Assembly (NCBI GenBank): GCA_035540495.1
Contig: DATLGL010000014.1
Span: 8,910-72,909, forward strand
DNA length: 64,000 nucleotides
Reading direction: 5' to 3'
DNA from: Acidimicrobiales bacterium
GTDB lineage: Bacteria > Actinomycetota > Acidimicrobiia > Acidimicrobiales > CADCTF01
Each line of letters opens with the position of its first letter. The stretch's first letter is position 1. Both the position numbers and the translations under genes were made by a program. The notes beneath the pieces are model-generated. The model saw nothing but the letters and a program-made list of their open reading frames with translations, did no database searches and was not told where the DNA came from. Positions 19,420-28,039 of the stretch are shown piece after piece.

Positions 19420-21726
19420 TTAGCGACGGGTCGAGATGACCATGTCCTCGTCGAGCGCACCGGAGAAGCTCGCGCCCGGCGCGCGGACGGTGATCTCGTC
19501 TGGCTCGACGAGAGGCTGATGCAGGATGAGGAGCTCGTAGTGCGCGCCGTGGGGTTCGAGCGGTTCGAGCTGGAGGACGAGCTCGCGGGCACCGCCGCGT
19601 GGTATCACGAGGAAGGCCGAGAAGACGTTCGCGTCGAACTCCGTCTCGGACTCCATCGTGAGCGGCTGGCCGTCGAGCGTGGCAGCCCGGAGTCGTCGGG
19701 TGGTGTGTACGGAGACGTAGGTGCGGTTGGTGCCGAGCGGGTCGCCTTGGTAGTTGCCGGCCGCGAGCACGCCCAAGCCGTCAGGTGCGTCGTTGCGCAA
19801 CTGAAGCGTCAGCGTCGCCGCCCTCGTGCGTTCCCCGACCTCGTAGCGGTACGCGCGGCGGAGGAACGTGTCGAGCTTGTTGCCGCCGGCGTTCTGGTTG
19901 ACGACAGCGAGCACATCGGGCGCGGTCGGTCGGGCTCGCCCGCTGGCTCCGATGCGGTCGAAAAGCCGCTGCTCCTCGCCATCGAAGCTGGCGAACACGA
20001 GATGTCGTCCTCTGACTGCCGGCCCGAGGATGTCGATGAGCCGATCGGGCCGCGGCAGCTGCCCGGTCGTGAGACGGTCGGTGACGGCTTCTGCGACGTC
20101 GCCGAGGAACCGCTTCCGCTCCGTCTCGGAGCCGGCCGGGAAGCGGACGTACTGATCGACATAGAGCACCTGCTCCACGTTGGCGGCCGTCAGCGGTGCG
20201 GGCCACGGATCGACGGCGACCGGGCCGGTGATGGAGAGCAGCGCAGCCAGAGCGGACGGGTCGACCGACACGACGCCGTCGATCTGTGTGCCACCCGACT
20301 GCGGGTAGAGCACGCCCACGACCTCGGCGACCGTCGGGAAGTCGATCGACGCGGTGACGTTCTGCCAGAAGAGGTCCGGGTTGAACCTGGCGAACCGACG
20401 CTGGTAGTCGGCAGGTGCGCCTTCGAGGCTCGCGTTGTTCGCCTCAGCGGCCGCGTTGAGGTCGCCGTCGGTACCGAAGCGAACGACATCGAGACGTCCC
20501 GCATCCGCTGCGAGCTCGCCGAAGTTGCCGATGATCCCGCCGCTGCCCCGTAGCTCCGCTGGCTGTTGGATTGCGAGGAAGTAGCGCCGTTGCCCGTCGG
20601 CGCCGAGGAGCTTGGGAAGGACCCGCGCGATGTGCAAAGCCAGATCAGCGTCATCGCGGGCGGTCTCGACGCGGTCGAGCTCACGCGCCAGTGCCTTCTG
20701 TGCTGGTGCGAGCAGCCATGGCGACGCCGATCGTTTCAACGCTCTCTCCGCGTGTGCGAGCGACCGTCTCGCGTCCCCCAGCGGCTGCTCGAGCGAGGCC
20801 ACCTGTGCGACGTCGATTGCACCGTCGGTAACGGTGAGTTGCTCGAGGCGAACCAGGCCCACCGACCGGGCGCCGCTGATAGCGACCTCGTAACCTGCGC
20901 TGGCGGCGTCGTGCATCGCTGCGATGTGCTGGCTCTGAACGGGGACGAGGCGTCCCAGCACAGCCCAGGGCTCCTCGAGTCGATCGCGCGCGGTGGCGAA
21001 ATCTGCGGCCGCCGTGCCGAACTGCGCACTCGCCGTTGTGGTGTCGCCCTCGCGGGCCGAGTCCAGCCCGGCGCGGGCGTCGACGATTGCATGCTGCACG
21101 GGCCGCGCGGCGAGCACCATCCCGACGATGCCGCCGATGGTGGCCAGGGCGCCCAGCGCCGCAACGCCGGCGAGAAGGCGAGCGTTCCGCTGCTTCCGCT
21201 CCGAACGCTGATGGCGCCACCCCGAGATTGCGACCGGCACCGGAACTGCGATGCCGACGATCGCCGAGGCCCCGTGGAAGCCGAAGGATCCGAGGTGCAG
21301 GCACGCGAGCGCGACGAGCCCGGCCACCACCGCGCCGGCGACCGGCGCCCGCCGCTTCACCGTGGCGCCGACCGCTACGGCCATGCCCGCGGCCGGCGCA
21401 GCGAAGGCCGCGGCGTCCGATGACCCGGCAGCAGCGGCCGCTGCAAGCGCAAGCGTGCCGCCGAGCAGCAGAGCGATCGGCCGTGCTCGCACACCTAAGT
21501 AAGCGAGACCGAAGGCGACTGCGGCCCGAAGAACGGCGTCCCACACCGCGACACCCGTCGGAGCAGCATCGGAGAGCACACCTGCGGCCACTGCGGCGAC
21601 ACAGGCGGCACCGAGTCGGACGCGCGCGGCACGCGCCCGGAGAGCGTCGGGTCGAATGCGCGCCAAAGCGGCGGTCGCCGCGAAGGCGGCGGAACCCAAC
21701 AGCAGCGGGAGCAGGATCGGTCTCAA
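19420..21726 (-). CDS. DUF4012 domain membrane protein
   Basis: RRYFLAIQQPAELRGSGGIIG, DFP, IDGVVSVDP, NAGGNKLD motifs; N-terminal TMs. Confidence 0.85.
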   Translation of the reverse strand: MRPILLPLLLGSAAFAATAALARIRPDALRARAARVRLGAACVAAVAAGVLSDAAPTGVAVWDAVLRAAVAFGLAYLGVRARPIALLLGGTLALAAAAAAGSSDAAAFAAPAAGMAVAVGATVKRRAPVAGAVVAGLVALACLHLGSFGFHGASAIVGIAVPVPVAISGWRHQRSERKQRNARLLAGVAALGALATIGGIVGMVLAARPVQHAIVDARAGLDSAREGDTTTASAQFGTAAADFATARDRLEEPWAVLGRLVPVQSQHIAAMHDAASAGYEVAISGARSVGLVRLEQLTVTDGAIDVAQVASLEQPLGDARRSLAHAERALKRSASPWLLAPAQKALARELDRVETARDDADLALHIARVLPKLLGADGQRRYFLAIQQPAELRGSGGIIGNFGELAADAGRLDVVRFGTDGDLNAAAEANNASLEGAPADYQRRFARFNPDLFWQNVTASIDFPTVAEVVGVLYPQSGGTQIDGVVSVDPSALAALLSITGPVAVDPWPAPLTAANVEQVLYVDQYVRFPAGSETERKRFLGDVAEAVTDRLTTGQLPRPDRLIDILGPAVRGRHLVFASFDGEEQRLFDRIGASGRARPTAPDVLAVVNQNAGGNKLDTFLRRAYRYEVGERTRAATLTLQLRNDAPDGLGVLAAGNYQGDPLGTNRTYVSVHTTRRLRAATLDGQPLTMESETEFDANVFSAFLVIPRGGARELVLQLEPLEPHGAHYELLILHQPLVEPDEITVRAPGASFSGALDEDMVISTRR

Positions 21727-21733
21727 GAACGCG

Positions 21734-21761
21734 AAAACGGGCGGCCTCGTGGCCGCCCGTT
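21734..21761 (-). terminator. Intrinsic terminator
   Basis: 11-bp perfect stem AACGGGCGGCC/GGCCGCCCGTT, 4-nt loop, T run on the minus strand, downstream of the 21787-22401 gene. Confidence 0.75.
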
Positions 21762-21786
21762 CAAGCTAGGTGGTGACGTGCGTGCG

Positions 21787-22401
21787 TCAGGCCGCAGCGG
21801 CGGGGCGTCGCCGGCGAGCACCGACCACGAACACGGCACCTAGGCCGAGCAGCGTCACGCCGAGGAGCGTCATCGCAGCGATCGCAGCGCCCGTGCGAGC
21901 GACGCCCGCTCCGGCAGCTGCTGCGGCGCTGCTGCGACCTCGGTCGGCCGCAGCGGGAGCAACCACCTCGAAGGCCGCGCTCAGCACCTGCGCCTCCCCC
22001 GAGGCCGTTACTTCGGTGCGGCCGTACGCCGCATCGTTCGGGACCGTGAGATCGGCGACGGCGGCACCCGTGGAATCGGCGACAGCCGTGGCGACCTGGC
22101 GTCCGCCGATCGAGAACGCGACGGTTTCCCCCGGCACGAAGCCCTCACCGCGCGCCTGCACGGTCTGGCCTCGATCTGCGGCCGACTGCGACAGCGCGAG
22201 GTTGCATCGGCCGGGCGGGTACGGCGGACGCCCGTCGGGTTGACCGGCGTCGTTCGGCGGCGTGCCCGGGGGCCGCCCCGTCGGCTGCCCGGGCGGGCAT
22301 GGCGATGCCTGGGCACCTGCAGGTACGGCGAGCACGAGCGCGAACACGCCGCTGAGCGTGAGCGCCAGCAGCGCCGCAAGGATCGATCTGTAGGTACGCA
22401 A
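21787..22401 (-). CDS. Secreted protein with sortase-type anchor (VARTG)
   Basis: Signal peptide; Pro-rich segment; Ig-like core; VARTG + TM + RRRR tail. Confidence 0.75.
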   Translation of the reverse strand: MRTYRSILAALLALTLSGVFALVLAVPAGAQASPCPPGQPTGRPPGTPPNDAGQPDGRPPYPPGRCNLALSQSAADRGQTVQARGEGFVPGETVAFSIGGRQVATAVADSTGAAVADLTVPNDAAYGRTEVTASGEAQVLSAAFEVVAPAAADRGRSSAAAAAGAGVARTGAAIAAMTLLGVTLLGLGAVFVVGARRRRPAAAA

Positions 22402-22517
22402 GGTGCCGCCCTTTCGCCGTTGTCAGCGACAAGTGTCGCCTGGAGTGTAGAGGGCGTCAATGAATCCCTCGCCGAGATGCCTCAGATGATCACTGTCAAC
22501 CGTTGATTAATGAGGAG

Positions 22518-23882
22518 ATGGCTGGTAATCAGGCGCACATGACCCGGCGGCGGCTTGTTCCGATTCTCGCGCTCGTTGCACTTCTTGTCGGCTTCTCGGC
22601 CTTGAAGCCGTCGGAGTCGCCGGTCCGCCTCGGCGGTGTCGCTCCGGCTGCGGCGTATCCGTTGGGCGACGGGTACTGGCTCGCCGCGCAGGACGGCGGC
22701 ATCTTCAGCTTCGGTGATGCGCAGTTCTTCGGCTCGACCGGCGCGCTGAACCTCAAGGCGCCGATCGTGGGAGCGGCGGCCCATCCCTTCCTCGAGGGCT
22801 ACTGGCTCGTTGCATCGGATGGAGGGATCTTCGCCTTCGGATCGTCCGCGTTCTGGGGGTCGCTCGGCGACAAGCGCCTGAACTCGCCGATCGTGGGCAT
22901 GGCGTCGACACCGACGGGCCTCGGCTACTGGCTCGTCGCTGCTGACGGCGGCGTCTTCGCCTTCGGTGACGCGCAGTTCTTCGGTTCGGCCGGCAACCTT
23001 CGACTGAACCGGCCGATCGTCGGGATCGCAGCGACTCCGTCGGGCAAGGGCTACTGGCTCGTCGCTACCGACGGCGGCATCTTCAACTACGGCGACGCGG
23101 CGTTCCTCGGTAGCCAGGGGGGCCGTCCGCTCAACCGGCCGATCGTCGGGATCGCGTCGACGCCGTCCGGCGGTGGCTACTACATGGTCGCGAGCGACGG
23201 CGGCGTCTTCACGCACGGCGACGCCGTGTTCCGTGGCTCTCGTGGCGGTCAGCCGCTCAACGCGCCGATCGTCGGCATGGCCGTCTCTCCGGACGGCGGC
23301 GGCTACCAGTTCGTCGCCACCGACGGCGGCATCTTCAACTACGGCGACTCGAAGTTCTTCGGGTCCACCGGCGGCCAGAAGCTCAACAAGCCGATCCTCG
23401 GCATGGCGATTCGTCCGCGCCTCGGCGTCATCGCTGACGCCTTCGCACCGACAGCGGGGCAGACCTCGGAATGGGTCCAGGTCGGCAACGACTGGCGGCT
23501 CCGCCTGAACTACCGCCCGGCGACGTCGTCGGCGGTGCCGGCCGGTGCACGCATCTACGGCGTCGAGGGTCTCGATGTCGACCAGCTGGGCACGCTCGAG
23601 TACGTCATCGACAGCGGCGCCTGCGACAGCCAGCTGCGCTTCCAGCTGTTCTACGACGCCAACCGCGATGGTCGGCAGGACGGCACGGTGATCATGGCCT
23701 GCAGTGGCGCAGCGACCGGCCTGAAGCAGTTCAACCCCGTTGGTGCGGGTGCTCCCGCGAAGGCGATCGTCACCGCCCTCGACCTTTACTACGGACCGCT
23801 GGCGGGTGGCACGGTCGAGATCGACGATCTCAAGATCGCCGGCATCGCCGTGCCCGACTACCTGACGCATCGCCTGAAGTAG
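22518..23882 (+). CDS. Secreted protein with six 42-aa GYWLVAxDGGIFxFGDA repeats (putative beta-propeller)
   Basis: Signal peptide; six repeats ending PIVG(M/I/A)A; alternative start 22539. Confidence 0.85.
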   Translation: MAGNQAHMTRRRLVPILALVALLVGFSALKPSESPVRLGGVAPAAAYPLGDGYWLAAQDGGIFSFGDAQFFGSTGALNLKAPIVGAAAHPFLEGYWLVASDGGIFAFGSSAFWGSLGDKRLNSPIVGMASTPTGLGYWLVAADGGVFAFGDAQFFGSAGNLRLNRPIVGIAATPSGKGYWLVATDGGIFNYGDAAFLGSQGGRPLNRPIVGIASTPSGGGYYMVASDGGVFTHGDAVFRGSRGGQPLNAPIVGMAVSPDGGGYQFVATDGGIFNYGDSKFFGSTGGQKLNKPILGMAIRPRLGVIADAFAPTAGQTSEWVQVGNDWRLRLNYRPATSSAVPAGARIYGVEGLDVDQLGTLEYVIDSGACDSQLRFQLFYDANRDGRQDGTVIMACSGAATGLKQFNPVGAGAPAKAIVTALDLYYGPLAGGTVEIDDLKIAGIAVPDYLTHRLK

Positions 23883-23916
23883 GAGTCCTCACACCGGGTC
23901 GTCCGCGGCCGAAACT

Positions 23917-25344
23917 ATGGGCGTGCGTCGCGTTCGTCCGTTTCTTCTTGCCGTAGCTGTCGGAGGCGGGTTGCTGGGTCTCATGCCCGCTCCCGCCTCT
24001 GCCGCCGTTTCGATCTCCCGGTCGTCGGGTGAGGTAGAGGCCGGGCGAGGGACCTCGTTCACCGCCACCTTCACCCCGACGGTCGGAACCTCTTGCCCAG
24101 GGATCGACGGCGGCGTTCCCGGCGAGGTGAGCGCAACGCTCAGCCGGACCGACTGCGACGGGCAGACGTTCACTGTGACGGTGAACGTGTCGACAAGCGC
24201 CGCAGCTGCGGGCAAGACCTATCCCATCACGGTGCGAGATCAACGGGACGGCGACGCGCGGACGTTCACGCTGACGGTGCGCGCGGCGGCGCCGCCTACG
24301 ACGACGACTGCTCCCCCGCCGCCGGGATCGACCGTGCCGCCTCCGCCGCCCTCGACTGCTCCGCCGGCCACCGAGCCGCCGCCTCCTCCGACGACCGATC
24401 CGCCGGAGACGACTACCACCGAGGCCCCTGCGACCACGACGACGGTGGTCGTCGATCCTGGAGCGTTCGCTTCGGTGGAGTCGCTCGCGGCGCAGGGGAT
24501 CCCCGAGGAGGGTGTGTTCCTGCCGCTCGAGGGTGCCGGCTATCGCGAGTGCCTGCCGCTGAACAAGCCGTGCGCGGATCCTGACTCGGCCCTCTTGCTC
24601 CTGCCGGCGCGCGACACGTCGCTCGCGTGGGCGGCGCCTCCTGAGGGGGCGACGCCGCTTCCGCAGCTGTCGGTGCGATCGGTCCCGCCGCTGCAGCCGG
24701 TGGGCACGCCTCCGTCGGACGAGCCTGCGAGCTCGAACTACCTCCTGACGATGCTCGACCTCGCCGACCAGGGGCAGTTGAAGAGCCTTCCTCGCGGGTT
24801 GAACGCCGGCGGCGAGCTCGTCGCGGCCACGGCAGACCAGCAGGGCGTCGTGGTCCAGCCGGAGGACTTCTCGGCGCCTTCTGGATCGCGGACGTTCCTC
24901 GCGTCGCAGCCGTTCGGGAAGCCGTACCGGATGAAGACAGCGGGGCTGACGGAGGCCGCGCCGGCGATCCCGGTGTTCCTCGCGAGCCAGCCGCGCGTCG
25001 TCTACGGCGTGCGCACCGACCCTGCGTGGAACGTCGGTGCCGACGTCATCCCGCTGCTCGGCAACGGCAACGTGCCGTACCTGGTGCGGGGAGCGAACGG
25101 TCCTCCGGGGCTGCTCGTCCCCATCCCTCCGGGCGTGACGCTCGCCGACGGGCCGGCGACCGCCGAAGCCGCGGCGACCGCGGACGACGAGGGCAGCGGG
25201 TTCCCGATCGTGGCCGTGCTGCTCGCCGTCGTCGTGATCGGTGGCGCCGCAGCCGCTGCGTTCTGGTTTCTGCGCCGCCGCAACACACCGCCGCCTCCGC
25301 CGCCGACGCCACCGTCGGCCCGCGATCGCCGCTTCGGGATCTGA
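23917..25344 (+). CDS. Secreted, C-terminally membrane-anchored protein with Pro/Thr-rich linker
   Basis: Signal peptide (PASA), Ig-like domain, PPTTTT linker, C-terminal TM + RRR. Confidence 0.75.
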   Translation: MGVRRVRPFLLAVAVGGGLLGLMPAPASAAVSISRSSGEVEAGRGTSFTATFTPTVGTSCPGIDGGVPGEVSATLSRTDCDGQTFTVTVNVSTSAAAAGKTYPITVRDQRDGDARTFTLTVRAAAPPTTTTAPPPPGSTVPPPPPSTAPPATEPPPPPTTDPPETTTTEAPATTTTVVVDPGAFASVESLAAQGIPEEGVFLPLEGAGYRECLPLNKPCADPDSALLLLPARDTSLAWAAPPEGATPLPQLSVRSVPPLQPVGTPPSDEPASSNYLLTMLDLADQGQLKSLPRGLNAGGELVAATADQQGVVVQPEDFSAPSGSRTFLASQPFGKPYRMKTAGLTEAAPAIPVFLASQPRVVYGVRTDPAWNVGADVIPLLGNGNVPYLVRGANGPPGLLVPIPPGVTLADGPATAEAAATADDEGSGFPIVAVLLAVVVIGGAAAAAFWFLRRRNTPPPPPPTPPSARDRRFGI

Positions 25345-25367
25345 GGCGTCTCGCGACAGGGCATTCC

Positions 25368-25389
25368 TGTCACACCCCCTCGTCATACT
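25368..25389 (+). promoter_or_regulatory. RecA-NDp/PafBC-like DNA-damage promoter
   Basis: TGTCAC-N10-CATACT resembles TGTCGG-N10-TANNNT; ends 6 nt before the ATG (leaderless geometry). Confidence 0.5.
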
Positions 25390-25395
25390 CAGTCG

Positions 25396-26805
25396 ATGGC
25401 TCTTGCGATGACGAGTGGGGCGATCGGTGACACGCCGATCGACGAGCTCGAGAGGGAGATCGTGCACGGCGCTGCCGTCGTTGCCGCGGCGATGTGTCGA
25501 TGGTTGCTGCTGGTGGCGGAGTTCGACCGCAGGCAGGGGTATCTGCGGTGGGAGCGTCTGTCGACGGCCGACTGGCTCGAGTGGAAGTGCGGCATCCGGA
25601 CGTCGACGGCGCGCGACCACGTACGCGTCGCGCGGGCGCTGAGAGAGCTGCCGAAGACCCGGGCGGCGTTCGCGTCGGGGTCGATCTCGTACTCGAAGGT
25701 GCGGGCGCTGGCGCGGGTCGCCGATCGCGAGAGCGAGGCCGACCTCCTCGAGATCGCGCGCCTCTACACCGGCAACCAGCTCGAGCGGATGATCACCGGC
25801 TACGAGCGCATCCAGCGCGCGATCACCTTGAGCGACCTCCAGCGGATGGAGTCGAAGCGGGTCGTCCAGCGACGTCGCGACGCCGAGGGTGACGGATGGA
25901 TCTGGTCGGTCCACGTCACCGACGACGAGGATGCGTTGCTGCAGCGGGGCATCGACTTCGTCCGCGACGACGCCTATGCCAGTGCGCGGCGCGAGTCGAC
26001 CGAGCCAGTCGAACGGATGTCGCGGATCGACGCGTTCGTGGAGCTCGTGTCGCTCGGCCTGCGAGGAGCCGTCGACACCGATGGCGTGCCGAAGGAGAAC
26101 TACCTCGTCGTGATCCATGCCGACTCCGAAGCGATGGTGGGCGACGACGGGCTGGTCCACCTCGGCGACGGAGTAACGCTGCACCCTCGAACCGCGCAAC
26201 GGTTGAGCTGTGATGCGATGGCGCAGGTCGCGCTCGACGACGCGCTGGGCAACACACTGAACCTCGGCCGAAGAGCGCGGCTGTTCAACCGCGACCAGAA
26301 GATGGTCAAGAGCGCGAAGGCGCCGACGTGCGAGTGGCCCGGCGGCTGCGGCGTCGCTGCCCGGTACTGCACCATGCACCACGCCCACTGGTGGACCCGA
26401 GGCGGCGCCACCGATCTCGACAACGCGGTGCTCCTCTGCCGGCGGCACCACAAAGCCGCGCACGAGGGCGGCTGGGAGCTCGTGCGGAACGCGGACCAGA
26501 CGCTGACGGCGGTGGCTCCTGACGGGCGGTCGATCGCGTCCGCTGCTGACCAGTCGGTCGCAGTTGGTGAAGCCGACGTCGATGCATGGACTGCCGGTGT
26601 CGAGCCCGACCACGACCCGCACTTCGATCCTCGGCCGAACCTCGGGTACGTGCTCGACACGCTCGCGGCGCGTCATTTCCCGGAGGCGGATCAGCTCGCG
26701 AACGTCGAAGCGATCAAGCGGCGCGTGCGCGAGACGTTCGGACGCGGGTGTGACCGACGTCAGCGAGGTGACGGTCGCGGCCGCGGTGACCCAGCGCTGA
26801 ACTGA
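25396..26805 (+). CDS. DUF222 / HNH endonuclease (13E12-repeat-like)
   Basis: STADWLEWKCG, GSISYSKVRAL, RLSCDA, LNLGRRARLF, CEWPGGC..HHAHWW..GGATDLDNAVLLCRRHHKAAH. Confidence 0.9.
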   Translation: MALAMTSGAIGDTPIDELEREIVHGAAVVAAAMCRWLLLVAEFDRRQGYLRWERLSTADWLEWKCGIRTSTARDHVRVARALRELPKTRAAFASGSISYSKVRALARVADRESEADLLEIARLYTGNQLERMITGYERIQRAITLSDLQRMESKRVVQRRRDAEGDGWIWSVHVTDDEDALLQRGIDFVRDDAYASARRESTEPVERMSRIDAFVELVSLGLRGAVDTDGVPKENYLVVIHADSEAMVGDDGLVHLGDGVTLHPRTAQRLSCDAMAQVALDDALGNTLNLGRRARLFNRDQKMVKSAKAPTCEWPGGCGVAARYCTMHHAHWWTRGGATDLDNAVLLCRRHHKAAHEGGWELVRNADQTLTAVAPDGRSIASAADQSVAVGEADVDAWTAGVEPDHDPHFDPRPNLGYVLDTLAARHFPEADQLANVEAIKRRVRETFGRGCDRRQRGDGRGRGDPALN

Positions 26806-26806
26806 C

Positions 26807-26826
26807 CCGCGGAGACGCCTCCGCGG
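26807..26826 (+). terminator. Putative terminator hairpin
   Basis: CCGCGGAG-acgc-CTCCGCGG followed by AGTTT immediately after the HNH stop. Confidence 0.5.
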
Positions 26827-26895
26827 AGTTTCTCGGGGCCGTAAGTTTCGGTCGCGAACACCGTTCCCCCGCCACAACGTCGGAAAGGAACGGAC

Positions 26896-27465
26896 ATGAA
26901 GAAGCTCTCGGCGGGACTGATCGCACTGATCTTCACCGCAGGCGGTGGATGGACCGCGACATCGCTGGCATCGGCCAAGTCGGGTGACTGCCGTGCGGCG
27001 TCGAACCAGGCGTCATGCGGCGACCTCGACGGCGACGGCACGCCCAACAAGGACGACGACGACATCGACGGCGACGGCGTCTTGAACGAGGACGACGCCT
27101 GCCCCCGCGATCCCGAGAACACGTGCGAAGAGGGTGAGGGTGGCGGTAACGACCCGTCGCTCCCCGAGCTTCCGGTCGATCCGGCTGCGCTCGTCGAGGA
27201 GATCATCGGCCAGCTGCCGCCCCTGCCGATCCCGCCGGGCGAGGAGGACCCGGGCGAGGATCCCGGTGAGGACCCGGGTGAAGATCCTGGTGAGGACCCC
27301 ACCGAGCCGGGGACGCCGGATCCCGCGGCGATCGTCGAGGAGATCGTCAACCAGGTGATCGGCAGCCTCCCGCAGCCGCCGTCGGAGCCGCCCGCACCGC
27401 CTGCGCTGCCGGAGCTTCCGGAGCTGCCCGCGCCGCCGTCGGAGCTTCCGGTCCCGCTTCCGTAG
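26896..27465 (+). CDS. Small secreted acidic/Pro-rich protein with thrombospondin type 3-like Ca-binding motif
   Basis: RBS GAAAGGAA; signal peptide; DLDGDGTPNKDDDDIDGDGVLNEDDACP; EDPG repeats. Confidence 0.75.
   Translation: MKKLSAGLIALIFTAGGGWTATSLASAKSGDCRAASNQASCGDLDGDGTPNKDDDDIDGDGVLNEDDACPRDPENTCEEGEGGGNDPSLPELPVDPAALVEEIIGQLPPLPIPPGEEDPGEDPGEDPGEDPGEDPTEPGTPDPAAIVEEIVNQVIGSLPQPPSEPPAPPALPELPELPAPPSELPVPLP
27244..27300 (+). repeat. 12-bp coding tandem repeat (EDPG, about 5 copies)
   Basis: gaggacccgggc/gaggatcccggt/gaggacccgggt/gaagatcctggt/gaggacccc. Confidence 0.85.
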
Positions 27466-27471
27466 CGTCGT

Positions 27472-27503
27472 CGAGAGCCTCCGCCAACGGGTGGAGGCTC
27501 TCG
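27472..27503 (+). terminator. Terminator hairpin
   Basis: CGAGAGCCTCCGCC-aacg-GGTGGAGGCTCTCG 14-bp stem just after the stop codon. Confidence 0.7.
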
Positions 27504-27615
27504 CGCGTCCGGTGGCAGGCCGGGGCTGCTGTCCCACCGGTGTGAGAAGCTGGTCAGGGTTCGAAGCGGCCTTCATCGCTTCCGCGACGTTGCGGTTGCG
27601 ATTGAAGGGGAAGAG

Positions 27616-28002
27616 ATGGCGATCAGTGAGCACAGCCGCCACCAGTTGTACAACCGGCTCGAGGAGCTCCTCGGAGGCGAAGAGGCGGCCACGTTGATGG
27701 CGCACCTTCCCCCGGTCGGTTGGGCCGACGTCGCTACCAAGCGCGACGTCGACATGCTCGCGATCGAACTGCGGGGCGAGATGGCGTCACTCCGGGCCGA
27801 GGTTCGAGGTGAGATCGCAGCCCTGCGCGGCGAGTTCGGTGAGCTGCGCGGCGAGTTCGGAGCGCTTCGGGCGGAAGTGAGCGGGCTCAAGAGCGAATGG
27901 CGCGGCGAGTTGCAGTCGCAGATGCGGACGCAACTCGTCCAGCTGCTCGGGATACAGATCGCTGCCGCGGGCGTGTTCGCGTCGATCGTCCGCTTGTTCT
28001 GA
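27616..28002 (+). CDS. DUF1640-like coiled-coil protein with C-terminal hydrophobic helix
   Basis: LPPVGWADVATKRDVD followed by LRGE/LRAE heptads. Confidence 0.7.
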   Translation: MAISEHSRHQLYNRLEELLGGEEAATLMAHLPPVGWADVATKRDVDMLAIELRGEMASLRAEVRGEIAALRGEFGELRGEFGALRAEVSGLKSEWRGELQSQMRTQLVQLLGIQIAAAGVFASIVRLF

Positions 28003-28039
28003 CGGCCGCCGCGCCGGGCGGGCCGGTACGGTCGACGGC

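Noticed and set aside
22667-23416. 126-bp periodic repeats as CRISPR or a mobile repeat
   Set aside because: In-frame protein repeats with wobble variation
23830-26877. 1015-aa minus-strand ORF
   Set aside because: Arg-rich antisense shadow of two well-supported plus-strand genes, typical of high-GC DNA
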